Shown here: piece by piece, positions 17,074 through 27,348 of the stretch
Numbering within the stretch: the stretch's first letter is position 1
Layout of the letters: every line of letters starts with the position of its first letter
Assembly: GCF_000354175.2 (NCBI RefSeq)
Contig: NC_022349.1
Location: 3,300,001 to 3,332,000 of the forward strand
Source of the DNA: Vibrio alginolyticus NBRC 15630 = ATCC 17749
Lineage (GTDB): Bacteria; Pseudomonadota; Gammaproteobacteria; Enterobacterales; Vibrionaceae
Direction: 5' to 3'
DNA: 32,000 nucleotides
Program-made: the position numbers and the translations under genes
The notes under the pieces: model-generated
Seen by the model: the letters and a program-made list of their open reading frames with translations, nothing else
Database searches by the model: none
Told to the model about the DNA's origin: nothing

Positions 17074-17136
17074 GATAAACCCGTTGTTAAAAATTATGAT
17101 TCAAGTTGAATATAATGCCAGCTATTTGAACGTGTT

Positions 17137-18474
17137 TTATTTGTAAAGGTCTTTATTTATTTGGTAGCGCTGCATCTTGTCGTAAAGGGTTTTTCTTGGC
17201 ACATTCAATTGGCACATTGTCTGTTTAATACTACCGTTGTTTTCTAATAAAGCGCCTTCAATGGCTGCTCTCTCAAACTCCGCCACTTGCTCTGCAAGGC
17301 TTGAGGAAGACTTAGCGACTGGGTTTGATTCTCCCAACTGAATTAACTTACCCAATAGCACAAAACGCTCTGCAGCATTTCTGAGTTCTCGAACATTGCC
17401 AGGCCAGTCATGGCTCATCAGTTGCGCTAGATCTTGGGGTGACAAGCTAGGTGAGCTTTTGCCATAACGTGAAGCTGCTACCAACAGAAAGTGGTGAAAG
17501 AGGGCTGGAATGTCTTCTTTTCGTTCGCGTAGTGGCGGGAGATCCAAGGTCACGACATTGAGCCGATAATAGAGATCCTGACGGAAAGTACCTTCTTCAG
17601 CTGCGTGTTTTAAATCGACCTTTGTTGCGGCAATCACTCGAATATCTAAAGGCAATAATTCATTTGAACCGACACGCTCAATCACGCGCTCTTGTAATAC
17701 CCTCAATAAACGAATTTGGGCTTGGATAGGCATCGACTCGATCTCATCCAAGAAAAGTGTGCCGCCTTGTGCAAACTCAAATTTACCGATACGACGGCTT
17801 TCGGCGCCAGTGAATGCGCCTTTTTCATGGCCGTAGAGTTCACTCTCAATTAAGTTCTCTGGAACCGCTCCACAATTTACGGCGACAAAGTTTTGGTTCC
17901 GGCGAGAGCTTTGCTCATGTAAAGAACGAGCGATTAACTCTTTCCCTGTACCGGTTTCACCAAACAATAAAATATCGGCGTCGGTATCGGCGATTTGGGT
18001 GATGGTCTCTCGTAATATTTGGATGCTAGAGGTTTCACCAATAACTCGTGGACCAAGGGTTTTACTGGCTTTAAGTGACAGGCGCAGTTTTTCATTTTCA
18101 TTGGTTAGTTTGCGCTTCTCAATCGCCCGCTTAACCGTTTCAACCAAATGCTCTGGCGCAAAAGGTTTCTCAATAAAGTCGTAAGCGCCTTGATGAAGGG
18201 CTTGCACTGCCATGGAAATATCACCGTGTCCAGTGATCATGATGACGGGTAAGTTTGCATCGCGTTGAGTCAAAGTTGTTAGCATATCCATACCAGAAAT
18301 GCCCGGTAAACAGATATCAGTGACCACGACGCCAGCTTCTTCTCCTTGCTGCATCGCTATTAAAGCCGATTCTGCATCCACAAAAAACTTGGCGTCGATA
18401 TCCGCAAGTTCAAAGGTCTGTTCTATAGCGAGTCTGAGATCGGCCTCATCATCAATAAAAAACACCTGACACAT
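17137..18474 (-). CDS. dctD: sigma-54-dependent response regulator DctD (receiver, AAA+ and Fis-type HTH domains)
   Basis: The start MCQVFFIDDE at 18474 lies 4 nt after the dctB stop. Features seen: a receiver Asp in VVVTDICLPG, Walker A GETGTGKE, the GAFTGA loop, and a C-terminal HTH. The track start at 18576 overlaps dctB and is rejected. Confidence 0.9.
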   Translation of the reverse strand: MCQVFFIDDEADLRLAIEQTFELADIDAKFFVDAESALIAMQQGEEAGVVVTDICLPGISGMDMLTTLTQRDANLPVIMITGHGDISMAVQALHQGAYDFIEKPFAPEHLVETVKRAIEKRKLTNENEKLRLSLKASKTLGPRVIGETSSIQILRETITQIADTDADILLFGETGTGKELIARSLHEQSSRRNQNFVAVNCGAVPENLIESELYGHEKGAFTGAESRRIGKFEFAQGGTLFLDEIESMPIQAQIRLLRVLQERVIERVGSNELLPLDIRVIAATKVDLKHAAEEGTFRQDLYYRLNVVTLDLPPLRERKEDIPALFHHFLLVAASRYGKSSPSLSPQDLAQLMSHDWPGNVRELRNAAERFVLLGKLIQLGESNPVAKSSSSLAEQVAEFERAAIEGALLENNGSIKQTMCQLNVPRKTLYDKMQRYQINKDLYK

Positions 18475-18478
18475 GATC

Positions 18479-20284
18479 TTATCCTTTTGATGGTTCAGTG
18501 TTGTAAGAAGTGATAGGTAAACACAATGAGAATCGAGCGCCGCCTTGTTCTCGATTATGGGCACATAATTTTCCATTCATACTGGCTAAGATTTGTTGCG
18601 AGATAGAGAGACCCAAACCTAAACCGTTCAGTTTAGTGGTTAGAAACGGCTCACATAAATCAGAAAGTGAGAAAGAGCCAAGTCCTGGGCCATTATCATC
18701 AACATGAATCCAAACTAAATCAGTGTGCTCATCGTGTTCTACAGATAATTCTACCTGTTTGTCTTGTTGTTCTTTGAGTGCTTCTATCGCATTAGTCAGT
18801 AAATTGACCAACACTTGCTCCAGTTGAATAATATTGATCTGCACTTCAACATCATGCTCTGGCAAATTTGTTTCTAACGTGACGCGCCCTGATTTAAATG
18901 CGGGCTTCATCAGTTCTTTTACAGAGGCTATCACAGGGAACAATCGAGATTGAGCCAACTCGTCACCACTGGTTTTTTTGGCGAAAGAGCGAAGTTGCTG
19001 ACTGATATTTGCCATACGGTCAGTGAGAGCAGAAATGCGAGTGAGATTATCTTCCACTCGCTCATATTTTTCTTTTTTTAGAAACAGCTTGCCGTTCTCC
19101 GCAAAGCTACGAATTGCTGCAAGTGGATTATTCAGTTCATGGCTGATACTGGCCGACATTTGTCCTAACACCGCGAGTTTCGCTGCTTGCACCAATTCAT
19201 CTTGAGTAACGCGTAAAGTTTGCTCGGTATCGATACGCTGTGCGATCTCCGCTTGCAACTCGGCAGTCCGTGCCATGACTTGATATTCCAACTTTTGATT
19301 TGCTTCTTGTTGAATTCGTTCAAGTTGCAAGTGACGCTGTTGACGGTGATAGATAAGCTGACCAATTAAAAACAAAACCATGAATGCTAGAGTGAGTACA
19401 AAGATGTAACCCATGGTGAACCAAACGATCGACTGTTTAGGAGACAGCACACGAATTGTCAGTTTGAGTTCGGGAAGGGGCAGCGAAGAGACCACCAAGG
19501 TTCCTTTATTGTATGGGTAACCCTGTTTAAGCTCAGAATGCACCTCGTCCAAACTACCCACTAATCCAAGCGTTTCAATTGGCGCATCAAGATATTGTTG
19601 GCTTGCCCAAACTTGCTTTTTCTCTTTTTTTGTCAGTGGTTGTAAGCTTTTGAGTAGCCATTCACTTCGGCTACTCATGAAAACAATTCCGTATGGGTCG
19701 CTGGCGACAAAAACACTGTTTGGTTGCTGCCAGTTGTCCTCTATCTTACTTAGGTCCATCTTCACCACGACGACACCAAGTACACCGCCAGCGTATATGA
19801 TGGGATAAGAATAGTAGTAGCCACGTTTACCAGATGTTGAGCCCAGTGCGTAGTATTGGCTTCTTTTGCCTACAATGGCTTGTTTGAAATAAGGGCGAAA
19901 TGCAAAATTTCGCCCGATAAAGGAGCGCTGTTTACGCCAGTTGCTGGCCGCGATCGTTGTACCCCATTGATCGATTAAGTACGTATCCGCTGCTTCAATC
20001 ACGCCATTAACGGATTCTAAATACCGATTAGTGATTTCCAGTTGCGCACTGTTGTTGGGGTGCAGAAGCGCTTGATAAAGTGGATCATCTTTAGCGAGAA
20101 GATTTGGGATATGGGCGTACTTATCGAGTTTATTTTTTATATGGCCAGAAAATTGCTCAAGCTGTGATTGGTGTTTATCAAGTAGAGATTGATAACTGGT
20201 CTGCCAAACCCAATGGCCACCGATAATTGCGCACAGGAAATAGAAAGCAAAAAATGTCAGCAGAATCCGTTTTTTTTGCGACAT
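18479..20284 (-). CDS. dctB: C4-dicarboxylate sensor histidine kinase DctB-like (periplasmic double-PDC/Cache sensor, HisKA and HATPase domains)
   Basis: Two TM segments flank a ~270-aa periplasmic domain. The H-box is SASISHELNNPLAAI, and N/G boxes (NLLTNAIEA, DNGPGL, GLGLGLSIS) are present. AAGGA lies before the ATG. Confidence 0.85.
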   Translation of the reverse strand: MSQKKRILLTFFAFYFLCAIIGGHWVWQTSYQSLLDKHQSQLEQFSGHIKNKLDKYAHIPNLLAKDDPLYQALLHPNNSAQLEITNRYLESVNGVIEAADTYLIDQWGTTIAASNWRKQRSFIGRNFAFRPYFKQAIVGKRSQYYALGSTSGKRGYYYSYPIIYAGGVLGVVVVKMDLSKIEDNWQQPNSVFVASDPYGIVFMSSRSEWLLKSLQPLTKKEKKQVWASQQYLDAPIETLGLVGSLDEVHSELKQGYPYNKGTLVVSSLPLPELKLTIRVLSPKQSIVWFTMGYIFVLTLAFMVLFLIGQLIYHRQQRHLQLERIQQEANQKLEYQVMARTAELQAEIAQRIDTEQTLRVTQDELVQAAKLAVLGQMSASISHELNNPLAAIRSFAENGKLFLKKEKYERVEDNLTRISALTDRMANISQQLRSFAKKTSGDELAQSRLFPVIASVKELMKPAFKSGRVTLETNLPEHDVEVQINIIQLEQVLVNLLTNAIEALKEQQDKQVELSVEHDEHTDLVWIHVDDNGPGLGSFSLSDLCEPFLTTKLNGLGLGLSISQQILASMNGKLCAHNREQGGARFSLCLPITSYNTEPSKG

Positions 20285-20567
20285 CCTTACACTCCTTACA
20301 ACTTCCTTTGGTCACGTAAGAAAATGTTAATAGTTTGTAGGAAGGATTAGGGATTTAGTTTTCAACTCTGTGGAGTAAAACAAGAGCAAGATCTCTTTTT
20401 AGGCTTTTCGATAAAAAAACCGGTCGATTCTCTTGAAAAAGTCGCTATTGTCCCCATTCTAGATATGCTGGCGATGCTTAGACGGTGTCTGAATCGCATT
20501 TTTGAAGAAAAAATGGGTCAGCATTCGAGAATTTAGCGCAGACAATGTCCACATAGTGGCTATTGGC

Positions 20568-20596
20568 TCGACAGGGTTGCGACAGATCGCTAGAAT
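20568..20596 (+). promoter_or_regulatory. candidate sigma-70 promoter for tig
   Basis: TCGACA (20568-20573), a 17-nt spacer, then TAGAAT (20591-20596). The inverted repeat GCGACA/TGTCGC (20579-84 and 20596-601) overlaps the spacer and the -10 element. Confidence 0.35.
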
Positions 20597-20810
20597 GTCG
20601 CGTCTAAAAATTCTGTCCTGAGGCTAATAGGAGATACCTTTGGTTATTTTATCGAAGATATCACTGATTAGTCCGGTACTGACAACCAGTATCGATACTC
20701 GATTTTAAATTAGGTGTTCGGACAGAACACTACACAAGGATGAAGCGTAAGCTCCTCTGAGTTTCGCTCATACGCTCGGAAAACCGAGCCACTTTAGAGG
20801 TTTATATATA

Positions 20811-22118
20811 ATGCAAGTTACTGTTGAAACGCTAGAGGGCCTAGAGCGCCGTCTAAACATTACTGTTCCAGCTGCAAACATCGAAGACGCTGTAACAGCT
20901 GAACTACGCAACATCGCTAAAAACCGTCGTTTCGATGGTTTCCGTAAGGGTAAAGTGCCTCTAAAAATGGTTGCTAAGATGTACGGCAAAGCAGTACGTC
21001 AAGACGTTCTTGGTGAAGTAATGCAACGCCACTTCATCGAAGCTATCGTTAAAGAGAAAATCAACCCAGCTGGCGCTCCAACTTTCGCTCCTGTAGAGAA
21101 CAAAGAAGGTTCAGACCTAGTTTTCACTGCAACTTTTGAAGTTTACCCAGAAGTTGAGCTTAAAGGCCTAGAGAGCATCACTGTTGAAAAACCACTAACA
21201 GAAGTTAAAGATGCAGACGTAGAAGAGATGATCGATACTCTACGTAAGCAACAAGCAACTTGGGTTGAAGTTGAAGAAGCAGCAGAAGATGGCAAACGCG
21301 TAAGCATTGACTTCGTTGGCTCTATCGACGGTGAAGAGTTCGAAGGTGGTAAAGCTGAGAACTTCCCTCTAGAAATGGGTGCTGGTCGCATGATCCCTGG
21401 TTTCGAAGACGGTATCGCAGGTAAAACTGCTGGTATGGAATTCGACATCGACGTGACTTTCCCAGAAGATTACCACGCTGAAAACCTAAAAGGTAAAGCA
21501 GCTAAGTTCGCAATCAAAGTGAACAAAGTTGAAGCTCGTGAACTACCAGAACTAAACGACGAGTTCGTTGCTAAGTTCGGTGTTGTTGAAGGTGGTGTTG
21601 AAGCACTTAAAGCTGAAGTTCGTAAGAACATGGAACGCGAACTTAAGCAAGCTGTTAAGAACCGCATCAAAGAGCAAGCGATTGACGGTCTAGTTGAGCA
21701 AAACGACATCAACGTACCATCAGCGCTTATCGAGCAAGAAATCCAAGTTCTACGTCAACAAGCTGCACAACGCTTCGGTGGTAACCCAGAAGCTGCTGCT
21801 CAGCTTCCACGTGAACTGTTCGAAGAACAAGCTAAACGTCGCGTAGTTGTTGGTCTTCTACTAGGTGAAGTAATCAAATCTGAAGAGCTAAAAGCGGACG
21901 ACGAGAAAGTTAAAGCGCTAATCGAAGAAATGGCTACTGCATACGAAGATCCATCAGAAGTTATTGCTTACTACGAGCAAAACGAAGAAATGATGAACAA
22001 CATGCGCAACGTAGCTCTAGAAGAGCAAGCAATCGACGCGATCATCGCTAAAGCACAGGTTTCTGAGAAAGAAGTAGGCTTCAACGAGCTACTTAACCAA
22101 CAACAACCTGCTGCTTAA
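20811..22118 (+). CDS. tig: trigger factor (ribosome-associated chaperone / PPIase)
   Basis: 435 aa beginning [20 protein letters not shown], with the GFRKGKVP ribosome-binding signature and an FKBP middle domain. Codon usage is that of a highly expressed gene. Confidence 0.97.
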   Translation: MQVTVETLEGLERRLNITVPAANIEDAVTAELRNIAKNRRFDGFRKGKVPLKMVAKMYGKAVRQDVLGEVMQRHFIEAIVKEKINPAGAPTFAPVENKEGSDLVFTATFEVYPEVELKGLESITVEKPLTEVKDADVEEMIDTLRKQQATWVEVEEAAEDGKRVSIDFVGSIDGEEFEGGKAENFPLEMGAGRMIPGFEDGIAGKTAGMEFDIDVTFPEDYHAENLKGKAAKFAIKVNKVEARELPELNDEFVAKFGVVEGGVEALKAEVRKNMERELKQAVKNRIKEQAIDGLVEQNDINVPSALIEQEIQVLRQQAAQRFGGNPEAAAQLPRELFEEQAKRRVVVGLLLGEVIKSEELKADDEKVKALIEEMATAYEDPSEVIAYYEQNEEMMNNMRNVALEEQAIDAIIAKAQVSEKEVGFNELLNQQQPAA

Positions 22119-22172
22119 TAAGCAATATCTTGCGTAGAAGGTTGACTTAACGTTAACTATTCTGCTAACAAT

Positions 22173-22209
22173 GGTCCGTATGATAGTCATCATCCGGGCC
22201 ATTTATTTT
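22173..22209 (+). terminator. tig-clpP intergenic terminator/attenuator
   Basis: GGTCCG-T-ATGAT [AGTC] ATCAT-C-CGGGCC forms 11 bp including one G.U pair, followed by ATTTATTTT. Confidence 0.55.
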
Positions 22210-22223
22210 AGGGACATAAGAAT

Positions 22224-22850
22224 ATGAGCTACCAAGAAAAAAATGCAATGTCGCCAATTATGGACGCGCTAGTACCAATGGTGGTTGAACAAACTTCCCG
22301 AGGCGAACGTTCTTACGACATCTACTCACGTCTGCTGAAAGAGCGCGTGATTTTTTTAACGGGTCAAGTGGAAGACCACATGGCAAACCTTGTCGTGGCT
22401 CAGCTACTTTTCCTAGAATCTGAAAATCCAGATAAAGATATTTTCCTATACATCAACTCACCAGGCGGCAGCGTAACAGCAGGTATGTCTATTTACGACA
22501 CCATGCAGTTCATTAAGCCAAATGTGAGCACAGTATGTATGGGTCAAGCATGTTCAATGGGTGCCTTCCTGCTTGCAGGTGGTGCGCCAGGTAAGCGTTA
22601 CGTACTGCCTAACTCTCGTGTAATGATCCACCAACCATTGGGTGGTTTCCAGGGTCAAGCTTCTGATATCCAAATCCATGCTCAGGAAATCCTGACGATT
22701 AAACAGAAGCTAAACAAGTTGTTAGCAGAACATACAGGCCAACCTCTTGAAGTCATTGAGCGCGATACTGATCGTGATAACTTCATGTCATCAGAGCAGG
22801 CTGTGGAATACGGTATCGTGGATGCAGTGTTAAGCCACCGTGGCGAGTAA
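22224..22850 (+). CDS. clpP: ATP-dependent Clp protease proteolytic subunit ClpP
   Basis: 208 aa, near-colinear with E. coli ClpP as I recall it. Ser-His-Asp triad contexts are present ([19 protein letters not shown]). Confidence 0.97.
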   Translation: MSYQEKNAMSPIMDALVPMVVEQTSRGERSYDIYSRLLKERVIFLTGQVEDHMANLVVAQLLFLESENPDKDIFLYINSPGGSVTAGMSIYDTMQFIKPNVSTVCMGQACSMGAFLLAGGAPGKRYVLPNSRVMIHQPLGGFQGQASDIQIHAQEILTIKQKLNKLLAEHTGQPLEVIERDTDRDNFMSSEQAVEYGIVDAVLSHRGE

Positions 22851-22920
22851 TTTGCCAGCGCATTTTGGCAAAAATTGATATACACTCATTCATGAAGAGT
22901 AAAGGCTAAGAGGTTAGCGA

Positions 22921-24201
22921 ATGACAGATAAAAGCAAAGAAAGTGGCAGCGGTAAATTGCTGTACTGTTCTTTCTGCGGCAAAAGTCAGCACGAAGTTCG
23001 CAAGCTAATCGCAGGTCCGTCAGTGTACATTTGCGACGAGTGTGTCGACTTATGTAACGATATTATTCGCGAAGAAATCAAGGATGTTCTCCCTAAGAAA
23101 GAATCTGAAGCGTTACCAACGCCAAAACAGATCCGTGAACACCTTGATGACTATGTGATCGGGCAAGATTACGCGAAAAAAGTGCTCGCAGTTGCGGTAT
23201 ATAACCACTACAAGCGTTTACGCAATGGTGATACAACGAGCGAAGGTGTGGAGCTTGGTAAGAGTAACATCCTTCTAATTGGTCCTACAGGTAGCGGTAA
23301 AACACTACTTGCGGAGACATTAGCTCGATTCTTGGATGTGCCATTTACAATGGCAGACGCGACGACACTAACCGAAGCCGGTTACGTAGGTGAAGACGTT
23401 GAAAACATCATCCAAAAGCTTCTGCAAAAATGTGATTACGATGTAGCTAAAGCGGAACGCGGCATCGTTTACATTGATGAAATTGATAAGATTTCACGCA
23501 AAGCTGAAAACCCATCTATTACGCGTGACGTATCTGGTGAAGGTGTTCAGCAGGCGCTACTAAAACTTATCGAAGGTACGGTTGCATCGGTTCCACCTCA
23601 AGGTGGTCGTAAGCATCCTCAGCAAGAATTCCTACAAGTGGACACATCTAAGATCCTGTTCATCTGTGGTGGTGCTTTTGCTGGCTTAGACAAAGTGATT
23701 GAGCAGCGTGTTGCAACAGGTACAGGTATTGGCTTTGGTGCTGAAGTTCGTTCGAAGAATGAATCGAAGACGGTAGGTGAGCTATTTACTCAAGTTGAAC
23801 CTGAAGACTTAGTGAAGTATGGCCTCATTCCAGAATTCATTGGTCGTCTACCTGTAACAACAACACTGACTGAGCTTGATGAAGAAGCGTTGATTCAGAT
23901 CCTATGTGAACCGAAGAACGCACTGACCAAGCAATATGCAGCATTGTTTGAGCTAGAAAACGCTGAACTTGAATTCCGTGAAGATGCGCTGCGCGCTATC
24001 GCGAAAAAAGCAATGGAGCGTAAAACAGGTGCTCGTGGCTTACGCTCGATTCTTGAAGGCGTGCTACTTGAAACCATGTACGAATTACCATCTGCAACAG
24101 ACGTTAGTAAAGTCGTGATTGATGAGTCCGTCATTAATGGCGAGTCAGAGCCACTGCTTATTTACAGTAACGCAGACAATCAGGCAGCTGGAGCAGAGTA
24201 A
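22921..24201 (+). CDS. clpX: ATP-dependent Clp protease ATP-binding subunit ClpX
   Basis: N-terminal zinc ribbon CSFCGK...CDEC, Walker A GPTGSGKT, Walker B VYIDEIDK, and an IGF-type loop (GIGFGA). Confidence 0.97.
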   Translation: MTDKSKESGSGKLLYCSFCGKSQHEVRKLIAGPSVYICDECVDLCNDIIREEIKDVLPKKESEALPTPKQIREHLDDYVIGQDYAKKVLAVAVYNHYKRLRNGDTTSEGVELGKSNILLIGPTGSGKTLLAETLARFLDVPFTMADATTLTEAGYVGEDVENIIQKLLQKCDYDVAKAERGIVYIDEIDKISRKAENPSITRDVSGEGVQQALLKLIEGTVASVPPQGGRKHPQQEFLQVDTSKILFICGGAFAGLDKVIEQRVATGTGIGFGAEVRSKNESKTVGELFTQVEPEDLVKYGLIPEFIGRLPVTTTLTELDEEALIQILCEPKNALTKQYAALFELENAELEFREDALRAIAKKAMERKTGARGLRSILEGVLLETMYELPSATDVSKVVIDESVINGESEPLLIYSNADNQAAGAE

Positions 24202-24215
24202 ATTCAGCCATAATG

Positions 24216-24248
24216 AAAAAGGAGGTAAGTAATTACCTCCTTTTTTTA
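24216..24248 (+). terminator. rho-independent terminator after clpX
   Basis: Stem GGAGGTAA/TTACCTCC flanked by an A5/T7 extension, with loop GTAA. Confidence 0.85.
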
Positions 24249-24253
24249 TTTCT

Positions 24254-24285
24254 CTTATTGAATCCAAACAATTAGCCCCCATATA
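24254..24285 (+). promoter_or_regulatory. sigma-32 heat-shock promoter of lon
   Basis: CTTATTGAA (24254-24262), a 14-nt spacer, then CCCCATATA (24277-24285). This matches the sigma-32 consensus CTTGAA-N13-17-CCCCATnTA. The -10 element also resembles the CCCCATATAC that I recall for E. coli lon. Confidence 0.7.
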
Positions 24286-24331
24286 CTGCCTTAAGTAATA
24301 CGTTAAACGTGAAAGCGGAAGAGAGAATTAT

Positions 24332-26683
24332 ATGAACTTGGAACGTTCCGAGCGTATCGAGATCCCGGTACTACCTCTACGTGACGTAGTGGTCTACCCA
24401 CACATGGTTATTCCATTGTTTGTTGGTCGTGAGAAATCGATTAGCTGTCTAGAAACGGCGATGGAAACCAACAAACAAGTTCTTCTTGTGGCACAAAAGC
24501 AAGCGGATACTGACGAGCCTACGGTTGACGACCTATTTGACGTAGGTACGGTAGCCACCATTCTCCAGCTCTTGAAGCTTCCGGATGGCACAGTAAAAGT
24601 ATTGGTCGAAGGCCAGCAGCGAGCAAAAATCAATCACTTTAAAGAGAGTGACTTCTTCCTAGCGGAAGCTGAATTTGTTGTTACGCCAGAATTGGATGAG
24701 CGTGAGCAAGAAGTGATTGTTCGCAGCGCGATTAATCAGTTTGAAGGGTTCATTAAGCTAAACAAGAAGATTCCACCAGAAGTGCTAACGTCACTTAATG
24801 GTATCGACGAAGCCGCACGCTTAGCGGATACCATTGCGGCTCATATGCCGTTAAAGTTGGTAGATAAGCAGCAAGTACTTGAAATTGTTGACGTCACTGA
24901 GCGTCTGGAATTCCTGATGGGCCAGATGGAATCAGAGATCGACTTGCTGCAAGTTGAAAAACGAATTCGTGGTCGCGTTAAAAAGCAAATGGAAAAATCT
25001 CAGCGTGAGTACTATCTGAATGAGCAAATGAAAGCGATTCAGAAAGAACTTGGTGAGATGGAAGACGCACCAGACGAGTTCGAAACGCTACAGAAGAAGA
25101 TTGACGAATCAAAAATGCCTCAAGAGGCACGTGAAAAGACAGAGCAAGAGCTGCAAAAGCTTAAGATGATGTCTCCAATGTCTGCTGAAGCAACAGTGGT
25201 TCGTAGCTACATCGATTGGATGGTCAGCGTTCCTTGGGCTAAGCGCTCAAAAGTTAAGAAAAACTTAGCGAAAGCAGAAGAGGTTCTTAATGAAGATCAC
25301 TACGGTCTAGAACGCGTCAAAGAACGTATCCTTGAATACCTGGCTGTTCAAAACCGTATCAACAAGCTAAAAGGTCCTATCCTTTGTCTTGTTGGTCCTC
25401 CTGGTGTAGGTAAAACGTCTCTTGGTCGTTCAATTGCTTCAGCTACAGGCCGTAAGTATGTTCGTATGGCGTTGGGTGGTGTGCGTGATGAAGCGGAAAT
25501 TCGTGGTCACCGTCGTACTTACATCGGCTCATTACCAGGCAAATTGATCCAGAAGATGTCGAAGGTTGGTGTGAAGAACCCGCTGTTCTTATTGGACGAA
25601 ATCGACAAAATGTCTTCAGATATGCGTGGTGATCCGGCATCGGCTCTACTAGAAGTGCTTGATCCTGAACAGAATAACTCGTTCAACGATCACTACCTAG
25701 AAGTGGATTACGATCTCTCTGACGTTATGTTTGTTGCGACATCGAACTCGATGAACATCCCGGGCCCATTGTTAGACCGTATGGAAGTTATTCGTTTATC
25801 TGGTTACACCGAAGACGAGAAGCTGAACATTGCAAAACGTCACCTTGTTGATAAACAAGTGAAGCGTAATGGCTTGAAAGCGGATGAGATCGTCATTGAA
25901 GATTCTGCGATTATTGGCATCATTCGTTACTACACGCGTGAAGCGGGTGTCCGTAACTTAGAGCGTGAGATTTCTAAGATCTGCCGTAAAGCAGTGAAGA
26001 ATATCTTGCTGGATAAGGACATCAAGTCAGTAACGGTAACGATGGACAACCTAAAAGAGTACTTAGGTGTTCAACGTTTCGATTACGGTAAAGCGGATGA
26101 AAGTAACCGAATTGGTCAAGTAACTGGTCTAGCTTGGACAGAGGTGGGTGGCGATCTATTAACGATTGAAACTCAATCAATGCCAGGTAAAGGTAAGCTG
26201 ACACAAACGGGTTCTCTTGGTGATGTGATGCAAGAGTCTATCCAAGCAGCAATGACAGTGGTTCGCTCTCGTGCAGAAAAGCTAGGTATCAATACTGACT
26301 TCTACGAGAAGAAAGATATTCACGTACACGTACCGGAAGGCGCGACACCAAAAGATGGCCCAAGTGCGGGTACAGCAATGTGTACGGCATTGGTTTCTTC
26401 TCTGACAGGCAACCCTGTGAAAGCAGAAGTAGCGATGACGGGTGAAATCACACTGCGTGGTGAGGTTCTACCTATCGGCGGCCTAAAAGAGAAGTTACTT
26501 GCGGCACACCGTGGTGGCATTAAGACAGTGCTAATTCCAAAAGATAACGAGCGTGATTTGGAAGAGATTCCTGATAATGTTATCGCTGATCTGAAAGTTA
26601 TCCCTGTACAGTGGATTGATGAAGTACTGAAAGTCGCACTAGAGCGAGACCCGACGGGCGTTGAGTTTGAGTCTCAAAAATAG
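24332..26683 (+). CDS. lon: ATP-dependent protease Lon (LonA)
   Basis: 783 aa with an N-terminal LON substrate-binding domain, Walker A GPPGVGKT and the protease Ser context [11 protein letters not shown]. Confidence 0.97.
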   Translation: MNLERSERIEIPVLPLRDVVVYPHMVIPLFVGREKSISCLETAMETNKQVLLVAQKQADTDEPTVDDLFDVGTVATILQLLKLPDGTVKVLVEGQQRAKINHFKESDFFLAEAEFVVTPELDEREQEVIVRSAINQFEGFIKLNKKIPPEVLTSLNGIDEAARLADTIAAHMPLKLVDKQQVLEIVDVTERLEFLMGQMESEIDLLQVEKRIRGRVKKQMEKSQREYYLNEQMKAIQKELGEMEDAPDEFETLQKKIDESKMPQEAREKTEQELQKLKMMSPMSAEATVVRSYIDWMVSVPWAKRSKVKKNLAKAEEVLNEDHYGLERVKERILEYLAVQNRINKLKGPILCLVGPPGVGKTSLGRSIASATGRKYVRMALGGVRDEAEIRGHRRTYIGSLPGKLIQKMSKVGVKNPLFLLDEIDKMSSDMRGDPASALLEVLDPEQNNSFNDHYLEVDYDLSDVMFVATSNSMNIPGPLLDRMEVIRLSGYTEDEKLNIAKRHLVDKQVKRNGLKADEIVIEDSAIIGIIRYYTREAGVRNLEREISKICRKAVKNILLDKDIKSVTVTMDNLKEYLGVQRFDYGKADESNRIGQVTGLAWTEVGGDLLTIETQSMPGKGKLTQTGSLGDVMQESIQAAMTVVRSRAEKLGINTDFYEKKDIHVHVPEGATPKDGPSAGTAMCTALVSSLTGNPVKAEVAMTGEITLRGEVLPIGGLKEKLLAAHRGGIKTVLIPKDNERDLEEIPDNVIADLKVIPVQWIDEVLKVALERDPTGVEFESQK

Positions 26684-26712
26684 TGATGTGTAGCAAAAAT
26701 AAGTAAAAGTTT

Positions 26713-26751
26713 ACGCTGATAAGCCCAAAAAGGCTTGTCAGCGTTTTTTTT
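26713..26751 (+). terminator. rho-independent terminator after lon
   Basis: ACGCTGATAAGCC/GGCTTGTCAGCGT forms a 13-bp stem with one G.U pair and loop CAAAAA, followed by T8. Confidence 0.85.
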
Positions 26752-26874
26752 GGGCGCTAAGTTAGTTTCGATAGCTGCCAGCCCTTGATGAATAAGGGGT
26801 GGAGCATATTTTCTTAACAATGGAACGAAAGTCATCACAAAAATAATCACAGATGACACAAAGGGGAAATTACA

Positions 26875-27147
26875 GTGAATAAAACTCAGTTAGTAGAACA
26901 AATCGCAGAAAATGCAGATATTTCTAAAGCGTCAGCGGGTCGTGCTCTAGATGCATTCATCGAAGCAGTAAGCGGAACTCTTCAATCTGGTGATCAAGTC
27001 GCTCTAGTTGGCTTTGGTACATTCAGCGTTCGCACTCGTGCTGCACGTACTGGTCGTAACCCAAAAACTGGTGAAGAAATCCAAATCGCAGAAGCAAAAG
27101 TACCAGCTTTCAAAGCTGGTAAAGCACTGAAAGACGCTTGTAACTAA
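26875..27147 (+). CDS. hupB: DNA-binding protein HU-beta
   Basis: A GTG start follows AAGGGGA. The 90-aa product [12 protein letters not shown]...[33 protein letters not shown] is colinear with E. coli HupB as I recall it. Confidence 0.95.
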   Translation: MNKTQLVEQIAENADISKASAGRALDAFIEAVSGTLQSGDQVALVGFGTFSVRTRAARTGRNPKTGEEIQIAEAKVPAFKAGKALKDACN

Positions 27148-27247
27148 TCACGGCGTTTTTTCTGTAACCGGCCATTTGCTTAACTTTTGCTCAAACAATA
27201 AGTTTCGAACAAAAATTTACAAACTTCGAGCCGAACTTTCTTAAATT

Positions 27248-27280
27248 ATGCGCATCATACTGATGCGCATTTCTTTTTCT
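27248..27280 (+). terminator. rho-independent terminator 100 nt downstream of the hupB stop
   Basis: Perfect 10-bp stem ATGCGCATCA/TGATGCGCAT with loop TAC, followed by TTCTTTTTCT. Confidence 0.8.
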
Positions 27281-27348
27281 GATATTATTGCGCCATTATT
27301 TCTATTAGATAGAAGCAGTAGGCTTCAATTGTGGAGAGCAGTTAAATT

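Noticed and set aside
20270-20277. Homopolymer runs as phase-variation switches: T8 (A8 on the coding strand) at dctB codons 3-5, and A8 at 3317-3324 in the SLT-like gene
   Set aside because: Both runs encode Lys-Lys in an AT-leaning genome and are at the short end for slipped-strand switching. Without population data there is no evidence of length variation.
22224-26683. ClpP/ClpX/Lon as components of a defence or toxin-activating protease system
   Set aside because: The gene lengths are canonical. The tig-clpP-clpX-lon-hupB-ppiD-comEA order is the housekeeping arrangement I recall for E. coli. lon has a sigma-32 promoter and codon usage is that of highly expressed genes. Nothing accessory is inserted.
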